Assembly: GCA_963767005.1 (NCBI GenBank)
Contig: CAVYCN010000008.1
Coordinates: forward strand, 64,001-128,000
Reading direction: 5' to 3'
Length of the DNA stretch: 64,000 nt
DNA from: an uncultured Actinomycetes bacterium
GTDB taxonomy: Bacteria > Actinomycetota > Thermoleophilia > UBA2241
Within the stretch, counting starts at the first letter, position 1. Every line of letters starts with the position of its first letter. Below, in pieces: positions 46,271 to 56,845 of this stretch. A program made the translations under genes and the position numbers. Under the pieces are notes generated by a model. That model was given only the letters and a program-made list of their open reading frames with translations. It was not told the origin of the DNA and searched no databases.

Positions 46271-48352
46271 TCAGGTCGTGGCCTTGGGCGACGCCGAGTT
46301 CGTCGGCGTCGGCGTGTGCGACGGCGTCGGCGTGGAGGTGTGGGTGGGCTTGGTCGTCGGCTGGCCGGTCGGCTTGCCCTTGCCCGACTTGCTGGGCGAC
46401 GGCGAGGGCGACGGCGAGGGCGCCATCTTCGAGTACTTGCCGTTCCAGGCCTTCCACATCGGCATGATGGCCGGCGTGGCGAAGTCGGGGATGTAGGTCG
46501 AGCCGAAGACCGCGTTGTAGAACGTGCCCCAGATCGGCAGCGAGTACGTGGCGCCGAACACCCCGGGCATCTCGATCTCGCCCTGCGGGTAGCCCATCCA
46601 GACGGCCGTCGCGAGCTTCGGGTTGAAGCCGCAGAACCAGGCGTCTTCGTAGTTGTCGGTCGTGCCGGTCTTACCGGCCGAGCGGCCGGTGTAGTAGTCG
46701 GGCATCGACGCGGCGGTGCCGCCGGCGTAGCTCGTGTTGATCTCGAGGATCTTGTCGACGACGTAGCAGGCGCCGGCCGGCGCGACGCGTATGCCGCGCA
46801 CGTGCGCCTTGCGCACCTTGCCGTTGGGGAACACGATCCTGGCGATCGCCTGCGGCGCATGGCGCACGCCCTCGGCCGCGAAGGTCGCGTAGGCGCTCGC
46901 CATCTCGAGCACGTCGACGTCCTCGCTGCCGAGCACGATCGAAGGCAGCGCTTGGAGCGACGTCGTGATGCCCATCGCCTTGGCGACGCGCACGACCTGG
47001 TCGGGGCCGAGATCGAGACAGAGCTGGGCGAAGACGGTGTTGTCGGACGCGAGGGTGGCCTGCACGAGGTCCATGCGGCCGCCCGAGCTCCTCTCGGCGG
47101 TGTTCACGATCCAGGGGATGCCGTTGGGCATGGGGATGTCGAGCGGGTGCGAGTTGTAGTAGGTCGTCGCCGGGTTGGCGCCCTCTTCGACGGCGGCGAG
47201 CAGGGCGAACGGCTTCATCGTCGAGCCGGGCTGGCGCATGGCCTGCGAGGTGAGGTTCCACTGGTAGGTCTTGTAGTCGGTGCTCGCCGCCATGGCGCGC
47301 ACGAACCCGTTGGTCGGGTCGACCGCCGCGAGGGCGCCGGCGTACTGGCTCGGCAGCCTGGCCTTGAGAGCGGCGATCGCGGCGTGCTGCATGCGCATAT
47401 CGATCGTGGTGTACACCTTGAGGCCGCCCTCGAAGACCTCGCGCGCGCCGTAGCGGCTCACGAGCTGGCCCTCGACGTAGCTGACGAAGTAGGCGGCCGG
47501 GTCGCTGGTCGTCGAGAGCGGTTTGGAGAAGACCTTGATCGGCGTACTCTCGGCGGTCGCCGCCTGGGCCGCGGTGATGTAGCCCTGCTGCGCCATGTCG
47601 TACAGCACGAGGTCGCGTCGCGCCTTGATGACGGCGGGGTCGGTGATCGGCGAGTACTGGCTCGGGAACTTCGGCAGCGCGGCGAGCAACGCCGCCTGGG
47701 CGAGGGAGACCTGCGAGATCGGCTTGTGGAAGTAGGTGAGCGAGGCGGCCTGCACGCCGTAGGCGCCGGCGCCGTAGTAGACCGTGTTCAGGTACTCGGT
47801 GAGGATCTTGTCCTTCGACCAGCGGTCCTCGAGCTCCCAGGCGAGCACGGCCTCCTGCACCTTGCGGTTGATCGTGACGTCGTCGCTCAGGTAGGCGTTC
47901 TTGACGTACTGCTCGGTCAGGGTGCTCGCGCCCGAGACGATGTGGCCGGCGCGCACGTCGTCGACGAAGGCGCGCGCGATGCCGGTGAAGTCGACGCCGT
48001 GGTGCTGGTAGAAGCGCTTGTCCTCGATCGCTACAGTGGCGTTCTTCATGACCTCGGGGATCTGGCTGCTGGGCACGATGAGGCGGTTGACGGCGCCGTA
48101 GAGCTCGGCGATACGGTGGCCGCTCGAGTCGTAGATGACGGTGTCCTGGCCGAGCTGCACGGGCTTCATGGCGTCGATGTTCGGCAGGTTGTGCGACACC
48201 GCCACGATCGTGCCGGCGGTGAGCCCGACGACCGCGACCACGGCGAAGAACACGACGGCGATCACGAGCCGGCCCCAGCGTACCCGCGGACGCCTGGCCG
48301 CCCGCTTGCGGCGGCTGCGTTTGGTGAGGGGGGTGTCTGCGATGTCCTTCAC
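46271..48352 (-). CDS. ponA: Class A penicillin-binding protein (PBP1A)
   Basis: EDKRFYQHHG, GASTLTEQ, STMK (SxxK), SDN, KTGT; Pro/Thr-rich tail. Confidence 0.92.
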   Translation of the reverse strand: MKDIADTPLTKRSRRKRAARRPRVRWGRLVIAVVFFAVVAVVGLTAGTIVAVSHNLPNIDAMKPVQLGQDTVIYDSSGHRIAELYGAVNRLIVPSSQIPEVMKNATVAIEDKRFYQHHGVDFTGIARAFVDDVRAGHIVSGASTLTEQYVKNAYLSDDVTINRKVQEAVLAWELEDRWSKDKILTEYLNTVYYGAGAYGVQAASLTYFHKPISQVSLAQAALLAALPKFPSQYSPITDPAVIKARRDLVLYDMAQQGYITAAQAATAESTPIKVFSKPLSTTSDPAAYFVSYVEGQLVSRYGAREVFEGGLKVYTTIDMRMQHAAIAALKARLPSQYAGALAAVDPTNGFVRAMAASTDYKTYQWNLTSQAMRQPGSTMKPFALLAAVEEGANPATTYYNSHPLDIPMPNGIPWIVNTAERSSGGRMDLVQATLASDNTVFAQLCLDLGPDQVVRVAKAMGITTSLQALPSIVLGSEDVDVLEMASAYATFAAEGVRHAPQAIARIVFPNGKVRKAHVRGIRVAPAGACYVVDKILEINTSYAGGTAASMPDYYTGRSAGKTGTTDNYEDAWFCGFNPKLATAVWMGYPQGEIEMPGVFGATYSLPIWGTFYNAVFGSTYIPDFATPAIMPMWKAWNGKYSKMAPSPSPSPSPSKSGKGKPTGQPTTKPTHTSTPTPSHTPTPTNSASPKATT

Positions 48353-48527
48353 AGGATGAGGCTATTGTAGCGGCTCGACGCGCTCCCGTCTCGTGAGCCG
48401 CCGGGCCTCGAGCGGCCCGCGCGGCCGTGCACTGCGATCCCTTGGACTCGCGCCGTCGCCGGTTCTTTCACCCGGCGTCGGGGCCGTGTCCGGCTAGAGA
48501 CCGCCGCCGGCGCCGTCACTGGTCGTC

Positions 48528-49316
48528 TCAGGCCGGCGCCGCCGTTGGGCCGGTGTCGTCGTCGGCGGCGTGCCGCCGCTCGACCGCGCGGCGGCGCTCC
48601 ATCAGGCGCGCGATCACGACCGACAGCTCGTAGAGGATCTCGAGCGGGATGAACATGGCGATGAACGAGAAGGCATCCTGGCTGGGCGTCGCGACCATCG
48701 CGATGATGGCGTTGATCACGATGGCGTAGCGCCAGTGCTTGCGCAGGAACGAGGTCTTGACCACGCCGATGCGCACCGCCGCGATGATTGCGACGGGCAT
48801 CTCGAACACCGCCCCGAACGCGACCAGGAACCAGGCGATGAACGAGAAGTAGTCGTTCGCTCGCAGCTGCGTGTTGAAGAACTGGCCGTTGAAGCCGAGC
48901 AGCCAGCCCAGGCCCTTCGGCAGCACGATCAGGTAGCCGAACACGACGCCGAACATGAACAGGCCGAAGCAGACGGCCGCGACGAGGATGAGCACGCGCC
49001 GGCTCGCCGGGGTGAAGGCGGGTCCGATGAAGGCCCAGAACTCGTAGATCACGATCGGCGACGCCAGGATCACGCCGACGTACGCCCACACCTTGAGGCT
49101 GACCATGAAGGGCTCGGCCGGGCTGAACGTGGTGATCTTGTGGGGCACGTTCCCGGGGAGCCCCGCGAGCGGGTGGCGCATGAGGGCGAAGACCTGGTCG
49201 TTCAGCACGGCGGCGATGACGATGCCGACGCCGAGCGCGATGGCCGCGATGATGATGCGGCGGCGCAGCTCGTCGAGGTGATCGACGAGGGTGACGCGTT
49301 CGTCGAACCCGACCAT
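48528..49316 (-). CDS. tatC: Twin-arginine translocase subunit TatC
   Basis: HLDELRRR, SPAEPF, FEMP, TPSQD, LYE. Confidence 0.93.
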   Translation of the reverse strand: MVGFDERVTLVDHLDELRRRIIIAAIALGVGIVIAAVLNDQVFALMRHPLAGLPGNVPHKITTFSPAEPFMVSLKVWAYVGVILASPIVIYEFWAFIGPAFTPASRRVLILVAAVCFGLFMFGVVFGYLIVLPKGLGWLLGFNGQFFNTQLRANDYFSFIAWFLVAFGAVFEMPVAIIAAVRIGVVKTSFLRKHWRYAIVINAIIAMVATPSQDAFSFIAMFIPLEILYELSVVIARLMERRRAVERRHAADDDTGPTAAPA

Positions 49317-49324
49317 GCCGAGCG

Positions 49325-49963
49325 TCAGTCGGGGGTCGTCGAGGCCGCTGCCGGGGCGCTGCTGCGGCGCAGCTTGCCGAACGTCTCGACGCCCGCCGGG
49401 TCGCCCTGGGCGGCGTCGGGGCCGGCCGCCAGGGCGGCGGACGGCGCGGGAGCGTCGGGTGCGCTCGGCGCCTGCGGGGCGCTGGGCGCGGCGATTGCGG
49501 CGTTGTCGACCCCGCTCTCGTCGGCGACCGCGGCGGGCCCGGTCGCCGCGGCGTCGACCGGCACCTCGGGTGCGGCGGGAGCGGCCTCGTCGGTCGGGAC
49601 CTGGGGTGTGTCCGGAGCGTCCTCGTCGGCCATGCCGGCCGGCTCGGTGAGGGCGGCGCCGGTCACGGCACCGGTCACGGCGGCCGTCACCGCGGCGGGC
49701 GCGATGCTGTCGGGCGCCGTGGGGGTGGCGGCGGGCGCGGCGGGCTGGGTGTCGCCGGTGAGGCTGAAGCTCGATTTGAGGTCGTTGACGGAGCCGGCGA
49801 TGTCGTCGACGCCGATCTGCGAGCGGATCTCGCTCGTGGCCGTCCTGAACTCGCGGATCGCCTGACCAAGCTGCTTGCCCATCTGAGGCAGGCGCTTGGG
49901 GCCGAACACCACGAGGGCGATGACCAGCACCATGAGGAGCTCGGGGAGACCGATGTTGGGCAT
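49325..49963 (-). CDS. tatB: Twin-arginine translocase TatA/TatB subunit with long Ala/Pro tail
   Basis: IGLPELL...VFGPKRLPQMGKQLGQAIREFR. Confidence 0.8.
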   Translation of the reverse strand: MPNIGLPELLMVLVIALVVFGPKRLPQMGKQLGQAIREFRTATSEIRSQIGVDDIAGSVNDLKSSFSLTGDTQPAAPAATPTAPDSIAPAAVTAAVTGAVTGAALTEPAGMADEDAPDTPQVPTDEAAPAAPEVPVDAAATGPAAVADESGVDNAAIAAPSAPQAPSAPDAPAPSAALAAGPDAAQGDPAGVETFGKLRRSSAPAAASTTPD

Positions 49964-50192
49964 GCGAGGACCACCTCTGTGGAATGACAGGCCCGCTTGG
50001 ACCTCGTACAAAGAGTACGCACACCACATCGGAGCGTCAATCGTGGCCCCGGCGCGTCGGCGACGGGGGACGCCGGTAGCCGGGGGCGCCTTGTCCAGCA
50101 TGTCCAACAGGGCCCCGCCAGGCGGGCCGAGTCGTCAGAGAATCACCTGCAAATCGGGGAGAACACGGTCCGACGGAAAGGCCGTCGGCCGG

Positions 50193-50222
50193 TTGCGCCA
50201 CTTCGCGGCGCTTTGCTATAGT
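50193..50222 (+). promoter_or_regulatory. Probable promoter of nuo operon
   Basis: TTGCGC-18 bp-TATAGT with extended TG, 60 bp upstream of nuoA. Confidence 0.6.
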
Positions 50223-50282
50223 CGCCTCGGCCACCGGCCCGGAAGCCGGGCCCTCCCGTCCACCGAGCGTCGACACCGGGGT

Positions 50283-50651
50283 ATGACGAGCGCATTCCTC
50301 ACGAGCTGGGCTTACGTCGCCGTGTTCATCGTGGCCGGCGCGGTCATGGTCGTCGGCATCCTGCTGATGTCGCGGCTCGTGTACCCGATCCACCCGTCGC
50401 CCGAGAAGTACTCCACGTACGAGTGCGGCATCGAGCCGGTCGGCGACTCGTGGCACCCCTTCGCCGTGCGCTACTACATCTTCGCCCTGCTGTTCCTGGT
50501 CTTCGACGTCGAGGCCATCTTCCTCTTCCCGTGGACGCTCTCGTTCCGGCGCTTCGGCACGACGGGCTTCGTCGAGGTCCTGCTGTTCATCGGCGTGCTC
50601 GCGGTCGGCCTGCTCTACGCCTGGCGCAAGGGAGCGCTCGAATGGGCGTGA
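50283..50651 (+). CDS. nuoA: NADH-quinone oxidoreductase subunit A
   Basis: [24 protein letters not shown]. Confidence 0.95.
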   Translation: MTSAFLTSWAYVAVFIVAGAVMVVGILLMSRLVYPIHPSPEKYSTYECGIEPVGDSWHPFAVRYYIFALLFLVFDVEAIFLFPWTLSFRRFGTTGFVEVLLFIGVLAVGLLYAWRKGALEWA

Positions 50652-51352
50652 TCGACGACGCCGGCCTGCGCGGCTTCGTCGACCGGTTCCAGTACCCGAA
50701 CATCAGCCAGTTCGAGCGGCCCAACGTCATCACGACGACCGTCGACTTCATCTTCAGCTGGGCGCGCTCGCACTCGGTGTTCCCGTTCACCTACGGCCTC
50801 GCCTGCTGCGCGATCGAGATGCTCTCCTCGGGCTTCGCCCGCTTCGACGTCGCGCGGTACGGCATGGAGGTCTTCCGGCCCACGCCGCGCCAGTGCGACC
50901 TGATGATCGTGGCCGGCACCGTCAACGAGAAGATGGCGCCGGTGCTCAAGCGCCTCTACGAGCAGATGTCCGAGCCCAAGTGGGTGATCGCCATGGGCGC
51001 CTGCGCGACCAGCGGCGGCCCGTTCTACGACGGCTACAACGTCGTGAACGGCGTCGACAAGGTCGTGCCGGTCGACGTCTACATCCCGGGCTGCCCGCCG
51101 CGCCCCGAGGCGCTCTTCCAGGGTCTGCTCGAGCTGCAGAAGAAGATCCAGGCGATGCGCATCGTGCCGCCGGTGACCGGCGACGTCGCGGCGAGCGAGC
51201 GCGACGAGCGCGCCGCCGCGCAGCAGGCGGTCGCCGACCTCGACGGCAGCGCCGCCGAGGTCGGCGCGGCGCAGGTCGCCGCGCCCGACACCGAGCCGGC
51301 CGTGGCGTCCGCCGCGACCGCCCGAGCCGCCCGCGACGGGGACGAGGGCTAA
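50642..51352 (+). CDS. nuoB: NADH-quinone oxidoreductase subunit B
   Basis: [26 protein letters not shown]. Confidence 0.95.
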   Translation: MGVIDDAGLRGFVDRFQYPNISQFERPNVITTTVDFIFSWARSHSVFPFTYGLACCAIEMLSSGFARFDVARYGMEVFRPTPRQCDLMIVAGTVNEKMAPVLKRLYEQMSEPKWVIAMGACATSGGPFYDGYNVVNGVDKVVPVDVYIPGCPPRPEALFQGLLELQKKIQAMRIVPPVTGDVAASERDERAAAQQAVADLDGSAAEVGAAQVAAPDTEPAVASAATARAARDGDEG

Positions 51353-51354
51353 CC

Positions 51355-51849
51355 GTGCTGCCCGCCATCGGTGCGGCCGGCCTGTCCGTCGCCGACGTCG
51401 CCGCGCGTCTGACCGAGGCCTTCGGCGACGACCTCGCCGGGCCGCGCGTCCAGGGCGCCGGCACGGTCGTCGCCGGCGTCGACCGCGCCCGCCTGCACGA
51501 CGTCGCCGAGCGGCTGCGCGCGCTCGAGGGTCTCGCCTACGAGTCGTGCAACTTCATCGCCGCGGTCGACCACGGCGACCGCTACGAGACGGTCTACCAC
51601 CTCTACTCCTACGCCTCGAACACGTACCTCGAGCTGCACGTCGACGTGCCGCGCGGCAAGCCGGCGGTGGCCACCGTGTCCGACGTCTGGCCGGCGGCCG
51701 ACTGGCACGAGCGCGAGGCCTGGGACATGATGGGCATCCGCTTCGAGGGTCACCCCGACCTGCGCCGCATCCTGCTGGCCGACGGCTGGGTCGGCCACCC
51801 GCTGCGCAAGGACTACGTCGACTCGGTCGAGAACCACCCCCATGTCTGA
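51355..51849 (+). CDS. nuoC: NADH-quinone oxidoreductase subunit C
   Basis: WHEREAWDMMGIRFEGHPDLRRILL...GHPLRKD. Confidence 0.95.
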   Translation: MLPAIGAAGLSVADVAARLTEAFGDDLAGPRVQGAGTVVAGVDRARLHDVAERLRALEGLAYESCNFIAAVDHGDRYETVYHLYSYASNTYLELHVDVPRGKPAVATVSDVWPAADWHEREAWDMMGIRFEGHPDLRRILLADGWVGHPLRKDYVDSVENHPHV

Positions 51850-53056
51850 CCAGTTCGCGACAGCCGTGCCCGACGAGGCCATGGCCCTGGCGCTGCGCCG
51901 TATCGCCGAGTCCGAGGCCGAGGGCCAGGGCAGCGACATGGCCGGCCTGGGCTTCAACCAGGTGGTCGTCAACATGGGGCCGCAGCACCCCTCGACCCAC
52001 GGTGTGCTGCGCCTGGTCGTCACGCTCGACGGCGAGCTCGTCAAGGACGTCATCCCCGTCGTCGGCTACCTGCACCGCAGCTTCGAGAAGATCGCCGAGA
52101 AGCGCACGTACTACCAGTACATCCCCTACCCGGCTCGCACCGAGTACCTGGCCGGCATCAACTGCGAGTGGGCCTACCTGCTCGCCGTCGAGCAGCTCGC
52201 CGGCATCACGCCCACGCGCCGCGCCGAGTTCGTCCGCGTGATCATGGCCGAGCTCAACCGCATCGCGAGCCACCAGGTGGGCGTCGGCACGTTCGTGGCC
52301 GACCTCGCGCCGCTCGGCACGGCGATGGTCTTCTACGCCTTCCGTCACCGCGAGCAGATCCTCGACCTGCTCGAGGCCGCGACCGGAGCGCGCATGATGT
52401 TCAACTACCTGCGCTTCGGCGGCGTGCGCGACGACCTGCCCGACGGCTGGATCGAGTCGTGCCGGGCGGCGATGCAGAAGGTGCCGGCCTGGTGCGACGA
52501 GTACGAGCGGCTCGTCAACGACAATGCCGTCTTCCTGCAGCGCTGCGTCGGCAAGGGCGTGATCACCCAGGACGACGTGGCCGACTACGCCATCACCGGC
52601 CCCAACGCGCGCGCCTCGGGCGTGGCCCACGACCTGCGCCGCACCCGGCCCTACTCGGTCTACCCCGAGCTCGACTTCGCGGTCTGCACGGCCGAGCACG
52701 GTGACGTGTACGACCGCTACCTGGTGCGGATCGACGAGATCCGCGAGTCGGCGAAGATCGTGCTGCAGTGCCTCGACATGCTGCCGGCCGGTCCCGTACG
52801 TCTGGGCACCCTCAGGCCGCCCTACGTCATCGCCCCGCCGCCGGGCGCCTGCTACGTCGGGCAAGAGAACCCGCGCGGCGAGTTCGGCACCTACGTCGTG
52901 AGCGACGGCTCGCGCTACCCGTACCGGCTCAAGTACCGCGACCCCTGTTTTGTGAACCTGCAGATCTTTCCCAAGCTGCTGCGCGGCAACAAGATCGCCG
53001 ACGCCGTCGCCATCTCGGGGAGCATGGACATGGTGCTCGGAGGGATCGACCGCTGA
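51842..53056 (+). CDS. nuoD: NADH-quinone oxidoreductase subunit D
   Basis: GPQHPSTHGVLR, GYLHR, ENPRGE, DMVLGGIDR; no NiFe CxxC pairs. Confidence 0.95.
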   Translation: MSDQFATAVPDEAMALALRRIAESEAEGQGSDMAGLGFNQVVVNMGPQHPSTHGVLRLVVTLDGELVKDVIPVVGYLHRSFEKIAEKRTYYQYIPYPARTEYLAGINCEWAYLLAVEQLAGITPTRRAEFVRVIMAELNRIASHQVGVGTFVADLAPLGTAMVFYAFRHREQILDLLEAATGARMMFNYLRFGGVRDDLPDGWIESCRAAMQKVPAWCDEYERLVNDNAVFLQRCVGKGVITQDDVADYAITGPNARASGVAHDLRRTRPYSVYPELDFAVCTAEHGDVYDRYLVRIDEIRESAKIVLQCLDMLPAGPVRLGTLRPPYVIAPPPGACYVGQENPRGEFGTYVVSDGSRYPYRLKYRDPCFVNLQIFPKLLRGNKIADAVAISGSMDMVLGGIDR

Positions 53057-54171
53057 TGGACATCTTCCTCGCCATCGTGCGGTGCGTCGTCGCGGTGCTG
53101 ATCGCCTACGGCATCGTGTTCGCCGCGGCGCTCGTCAACATCCTCTTCGAGCGCCGCGCGCTCGCCTTTCTGCAGGACCGCCTGGGCCCCAACCGGACCG
53201 GCTGGCAGGGCAGCCTGCAGAGCGTCGCCGACGCCTTCAAGATGATGGGCAAAGAGGACTTCGCCCCGAGCGCCGCCGACAAGGCGATGTTCACGCTGGC
53301 GCCGATCATGGTCATGATCGGCGCCGTCGCGATCCAGGTCGTCGTGCCCTACACGAGCGGCTGGACCGACCAGAACCTGAACGTCGGCCTCATCTACATC
53401 GTCGCCATCACGAGCTTCACCGTGCTTGCGATCCTGCTCGGCGGCTGGGCCTCCCACAACAAGTACTCGCTGGTCGGCGCGCTGCGCTCGGGCGCCCAGA
53501 TGATCTCGTACGAGGTGCCGATGATCCTCGCGCTGCTCGTCGTCGCCATGGGCGCGGGCTCGCTCAGCCTGAACACGGTGGTCGCGGTCCAGCGCCACTA
53601 CGAGTGGTTCGCGTTCACCATGCCGTTCACGTTCCTGCTCTTCTTCATCGCCTCGATCGCCGAGCTCAACCGCGGCCCCTTCGACCTGCCCGAGTCCGAG
53701 TCCGAGCTCGTCGCCGGCTACGGCACCGAGTACTCCGGCATGCGCTTCGGCATGTTCTTCCTGAACGAGTATGCCGGCATGACGATCATGTCGATGGTCA
53801 CGGTCACGCTGTTCCTGGGCGGCTGGCAGGGGCCGCTGGCCGGCGCGCTCGTCGTGCACGGGGTGGCGATCGTGCCGATCCTCTGGTTCCTGATCAAGGT
53901 GTACGCGCTCGTGTTCGCGCTCATCTGGATCCGCCTGTCGGTGCCCCGCCTGCAGGTCGACCAGCTCATGGGCTTCGCCTGGAAGGTCCTCATCCCACTC
54001 GGCCTGGTCAACGTGCTCGCCACGGCGGCCGTCGCGCTCTGGGCGCCCCACTGGAAGCTCGCCATGGCGGCCTATAGCTGGATCGCCTTGATCGCCTTCG
54101 TCGGCCTGTTCGACGCGGTGCTGCGCTGGCGCCTGCGGCGCCAGCGTCGGCGCGTTACGGTGACCGCCTGA
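53056..54171 (+). CDS. nuoH: NADH-quinone oxidoreductase subunit H
   Basis: QDRLGPNR, AQMISYE, NRGPFDLPESESELVAGY. Confidence 0.95.
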   Translation: MDIFLAIVRCVVAVLIAYGIVFAAALVNILFERRALAFLQDRLGPNRTGWQGSLQSVADAFKMMGKEDFAPSAADKAMFTLAPIMVMIGAVAIQVVVPYTSGWTDQNLNVGLIYIVAITSFTVLAILLGGWASHNKYSLVGALRSGAQMISYEVPMILALLVVAMGAGSLSLNTVVAVQRHYEWFAFTMPFTFLLFFIASIAELNRGPFDLPESESELVAGYGTEYSGMRFGMFFLNEYAGMTIMSMVTVTLFLGGWQGPLAGALVVHGVAIVPILWFLIKVYALVFALIWIRLSVPRLQVDQLMGFAWKVLIPLGLVNVLATAAVALWAPHWKLAMAAYSWIALIAFVGLFDAVLRWRLRRQRRRVTVTA

Positions 54172-54932
54172 TGCTCGGCATCCTCAAGGCCATGGGCACC
54201 ACGCTGGCGCACCTGCCGCAGCGCAAGATCACGGTGCAGTACCCCGAGGAGCGCGAGCAGCTGCCGGAGCGCAGCCGTGGCCTGTTCCAGGTGGTGACCG
54301 ACCCCGCCACCGGCGAGCCTGCCTGCCGCGCCTGCACGCTGTGCGAGACCAACTGCCCGGTGCAGGTCATCCGCGTGAACTACACCTCGACCCACGCCCT
54401 GCCGGCGGTCGACGACGCGCGCATCACGCGCGTGCGGGCAGCGGCGCAGCCCGTGCCCGACACGACGCTGATCGCGCCGGTGATCGACCAGTACCGCAAG
54501 ACCGGCCAGGGCCTCATGGGCGTCCTGCAGCACACCCAGGAGATCTACGGCTACCTGCCGCGCCTCGCCCTGCAGGAGATCGCGGTCGAGACCGGCGTCT
54601 CGCTGTCGCAGCTCTACGGCGTGGCGAGCTTCTACGACCAGTTCCGCCTGAACCCCGTGGGCCGCTTCGTCGTGACCGTCTGTCACGGCACCGCCTGCCA
54701 CGTCGCCGGCGCGCCGCTCATCACCGAGGCCTTCTCCGAGGAACTCGGCCTCGAGGTCGGCAAGACCAGCAAGGACCGCCTCTTCACCCTGCAGACCGTG
54801 AGCTGCGTCGGCGCCTGCGCCCTGGCCCCGGTAGTGCGCATCGGCGACGATGAGACTCACGGCCGCATGACGCCCGACAAGGCGCGCAGCCTGGTCGGCG
54901 AGCTGCGCCACCGCGCCGAGGTCGACCGATGA
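54171..54932 (+). CDS. Fusion of NuoI N-terminal half and NuoE/HydC-like [2Fe-2S] subunit
   Basis: Residues 1-70: TVQYPEE...PERSRG, CRACTLCETNCP (NuoI N-half). Then YGYLP, GVASFYDQF, CHGTACH, CVGACALAP (NuoE). Confidence 0.9.
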   Translation: MLGILKAMGTTLAHLPQRKITVQYPEEREQLPERSRGLFQVVTDPATGEPACRACTLCETNCPVQVIRVNYTSTHALPAVDDARITRVRAAAQPVPDTTLIAPVIDQYRKTGQGLMGVLQHTQEIYGYLPRLALQEIAVETGVSLSQLYGVASFYDQFRLNPVGRFVVTVCHGTACHVAGAPLITEAFSEELGLEVGKTSKDRLFTLQTVSCVGACALAPVVRIGDDETHGRMTPDKARSLVGELRHRAEVDR

Positions 54933-56845
54933 GCGTGGCGATCGATCGCGGCAGCCTGATCGAAGCCGCCCTCGCCCGCGCGCTGCACCCCGAGAGCATC
55001 ATCGCCCACGAGGGCGCCCGCGAGGTGCGCATCTGCGCCGGCACGGCCTGCCACGCGTCCGGCCGTCCGGCCGTCACCGCCGCCTTCCGCGAGCAGCTCG
55101 CCGACAAGGGCCTGGCCGACACGGTGCGGGTCGTCGAGACCGGCTGCCACGGCTTCTGCGAGCAGGGCCCGATCGTGCTGCTGCAGCCCCAGGGCCTGTT
55201 CTACTCGCGGGTGCGGGCGACCGATGTGGCCGGCATCATCACGGCCAGCATCGAGGCCGACGGCGTCTACGAGAAGCGCCTCTACAAGCACCCGGCGACC
55301 GGCGAGCCGGTGCCCCACGAGGAGGACATCCCGTTCTACGCCGGGCAGCGCCGTCTCGTGCTCAACTTGAACGGCCGCATCGACCCCTACTCGATCGACG
55401 ACTACCTCGCCCAGGACGGCTATCGCGCGCTGGCCGACGTGCTCGTGCGCGACGACCCGGTCGGCGTGATCGACGACATCGAGAACTCGGGGTTGCGCGG
55501 CCGCGGCGGCGCCGGCTTTCCGGCCGGCCGCAAGTGGCGCTCCTGCCGGGCCAACCCCGGCGACTGCAAGTACGTCATCTGCAACGGTGACGAGGGCGAC
55601 CCCGGCGCCTTCATGGACCGCTCGGTGCTCGAGGGCAACCCGCACTCGGTGGTCGAGGGCATGATCATCGCCGCCTATGCGATCGGCTCGGGCGTGGCGC
55701 CGGTGCACGGCTTCGTGTACGTGCGCGCCGAGTATCCGTTCGCCGTGCAGCGCCTCGACGCCGCCCTCGCCCAGGCGCGCGAGCGCGGCCTGCTCGGCGC
55801 GAACATCCTCGACTCGGGCTTCGACTTCGACATCCGCATCAACCAGGGCGCCGGCGCCTTCGTCTGCGGCGAGTCCACGGCGCTCACCGCGAGCATCGAG
55901 GGCCAGCGCGGCATGCCGCGCGGCAAGCACATCCGCACCGTCGCCCACGGCCTCTACGGCCAGCCGACCAACCTGAACAACGTCGAGACGTTCGCCAACG
56001 TGCCCTGGATCGTGTCGCACGGCGTCGACGCCTACCGCGCGATGGGCACCGAGACCTCGAAGGGCACCAAGATCTTCTCGCTCACCGGCAAGCTCCAGAA
56101 CGGCGGCCTCGTCGAGGTGCCGATGGGCGCCACGCTGCGCGAGGTCATCTTCGACGTGGGCGGCGGCATGCTGCCCGGCCGCGAGTTCAAGGCCGTGCAG
56201 CTCGGCGGCCCCTCGGGCGGCTGCCTGCCGGCCGACCTGCTCGACTCGCCCGTCGACTTCGAGAGCCTGCTGGCCGCCGGCTCGATGATGGGCTCGGGCG
56301 GCATGGTCGTGGTCGACGACTCGACCTGCATGGTCGACTTCGCCAAGTTCTTCCTGCAGTTCACCCAGGACGAGAGCTGCGGCAAGTGCGTGCCCTGCCG
56401 CCTGGGCACCAAGCGCATGCTCGAGACGCTCGTGCGCATCACCGAGGGCGAGGGCCGGCCCGACGACATCGAGCTCCTCGAGGAGCTGTCCGAGTACATC
56501 ATCGACGGCTCGCTGTGCGCCCTCGGCGGCAGCGCCCCCAACCCGGTGCTCAGCACGCTGCGCTACTTCCGCGACGAGTACGTCGCCCACGTCGAGGACC
56601 GGTGCTGCCCCGCCGGTCGCTGCAAGGCGCTCATCACCTACTACATCAGCGGCGACTGCACCGGCTGCGGGCTCTGCGCCAAGAAGTGCCCGACCCAGGC
56701 GATCACCGGCGAGCGCAAGCAGATGCACGTGATCGACACCGACCTCTGCATCAAGTGCGACACCTGCCGCCAGGTTTGCAACTTCAACGCCGTCCGGGTG
56801 CACTCGGGCTCGCAGGCCGGCGCGGCCGACGGAGGTGCGGCGTGA
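54929..56845 (+). CDS. nuoF: NuoF/HydB-like FMN/NAD-binding subunit with N-terminal [2Fe-2S] and C-terminal 2x[4Fe-4S] domains
   Basis: CAGTAC...GCHGFC, LRGRGGAGFP, NGDEGDPGAFMDR, ESCGKCVPCR, CPAGRC, CTGCGLCAKKCP, CIKCDTCRQVC. Confidence 0.9.
   Translation: MSVAIDRGSLIEAALARALHPESIIAHEGAREVRICAGTACHASGRPAVTAAFREQLADKGLADTVRVVETGCHGFCEQGPIVLLQPQGLFYSRVRATDVAGIITASIEADGVYEKRLYKHPATGEPVPHEEDIPFYAGQRRLVLNLNGRIDPYSIDDYLAQDGYRALADVLVRDDPVGVIDDIENSGLRGRGGAGFPAGRKWRSCRANPGDCKYVICNGDEGDPGAFMDRSVLEGNPHSVVEGMIIAAYAIGSGVAPVHGFVYVRAEYPFAVQRLDAALAQARERGLLGANILDSGFDFDIRINQGAGAFVCGESTALTASIEGQRGMPRGKHIRTVAHGLYGQPTNLNNVETFANVPWIVSHGVDAYRAMGTETSKGTKIFSLTGKLQNGGLVEVPMGATLREVIFDVGGGMLPGREFKAVQLGGPSGGCLPADLLDSPVDFESLLAAGSMMGSGGMVVVDDSTCMVDFAKFFLQFTQDESCGKCVPCRLGTKRMLETLVRITEGEGRPDDIELLEELSEYIIDGSLCALGGSAPNPVLSTLRYFRDEYVAHVEDRCCPAGRCKALITYYISGDCTGCGLCAKKCPTQAITGERKQMHVIDTDLCIKCDTCRQVCNFNAVRVHSGSQAGAADGGAA

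Noticed and set aside
51842-53056. Group 4 [NiFe]-hydrogenase large subunit
   Set aside because: Lacks both CxxC Ni-binding motifs and keeps the quinone-site motifs of NuoD.
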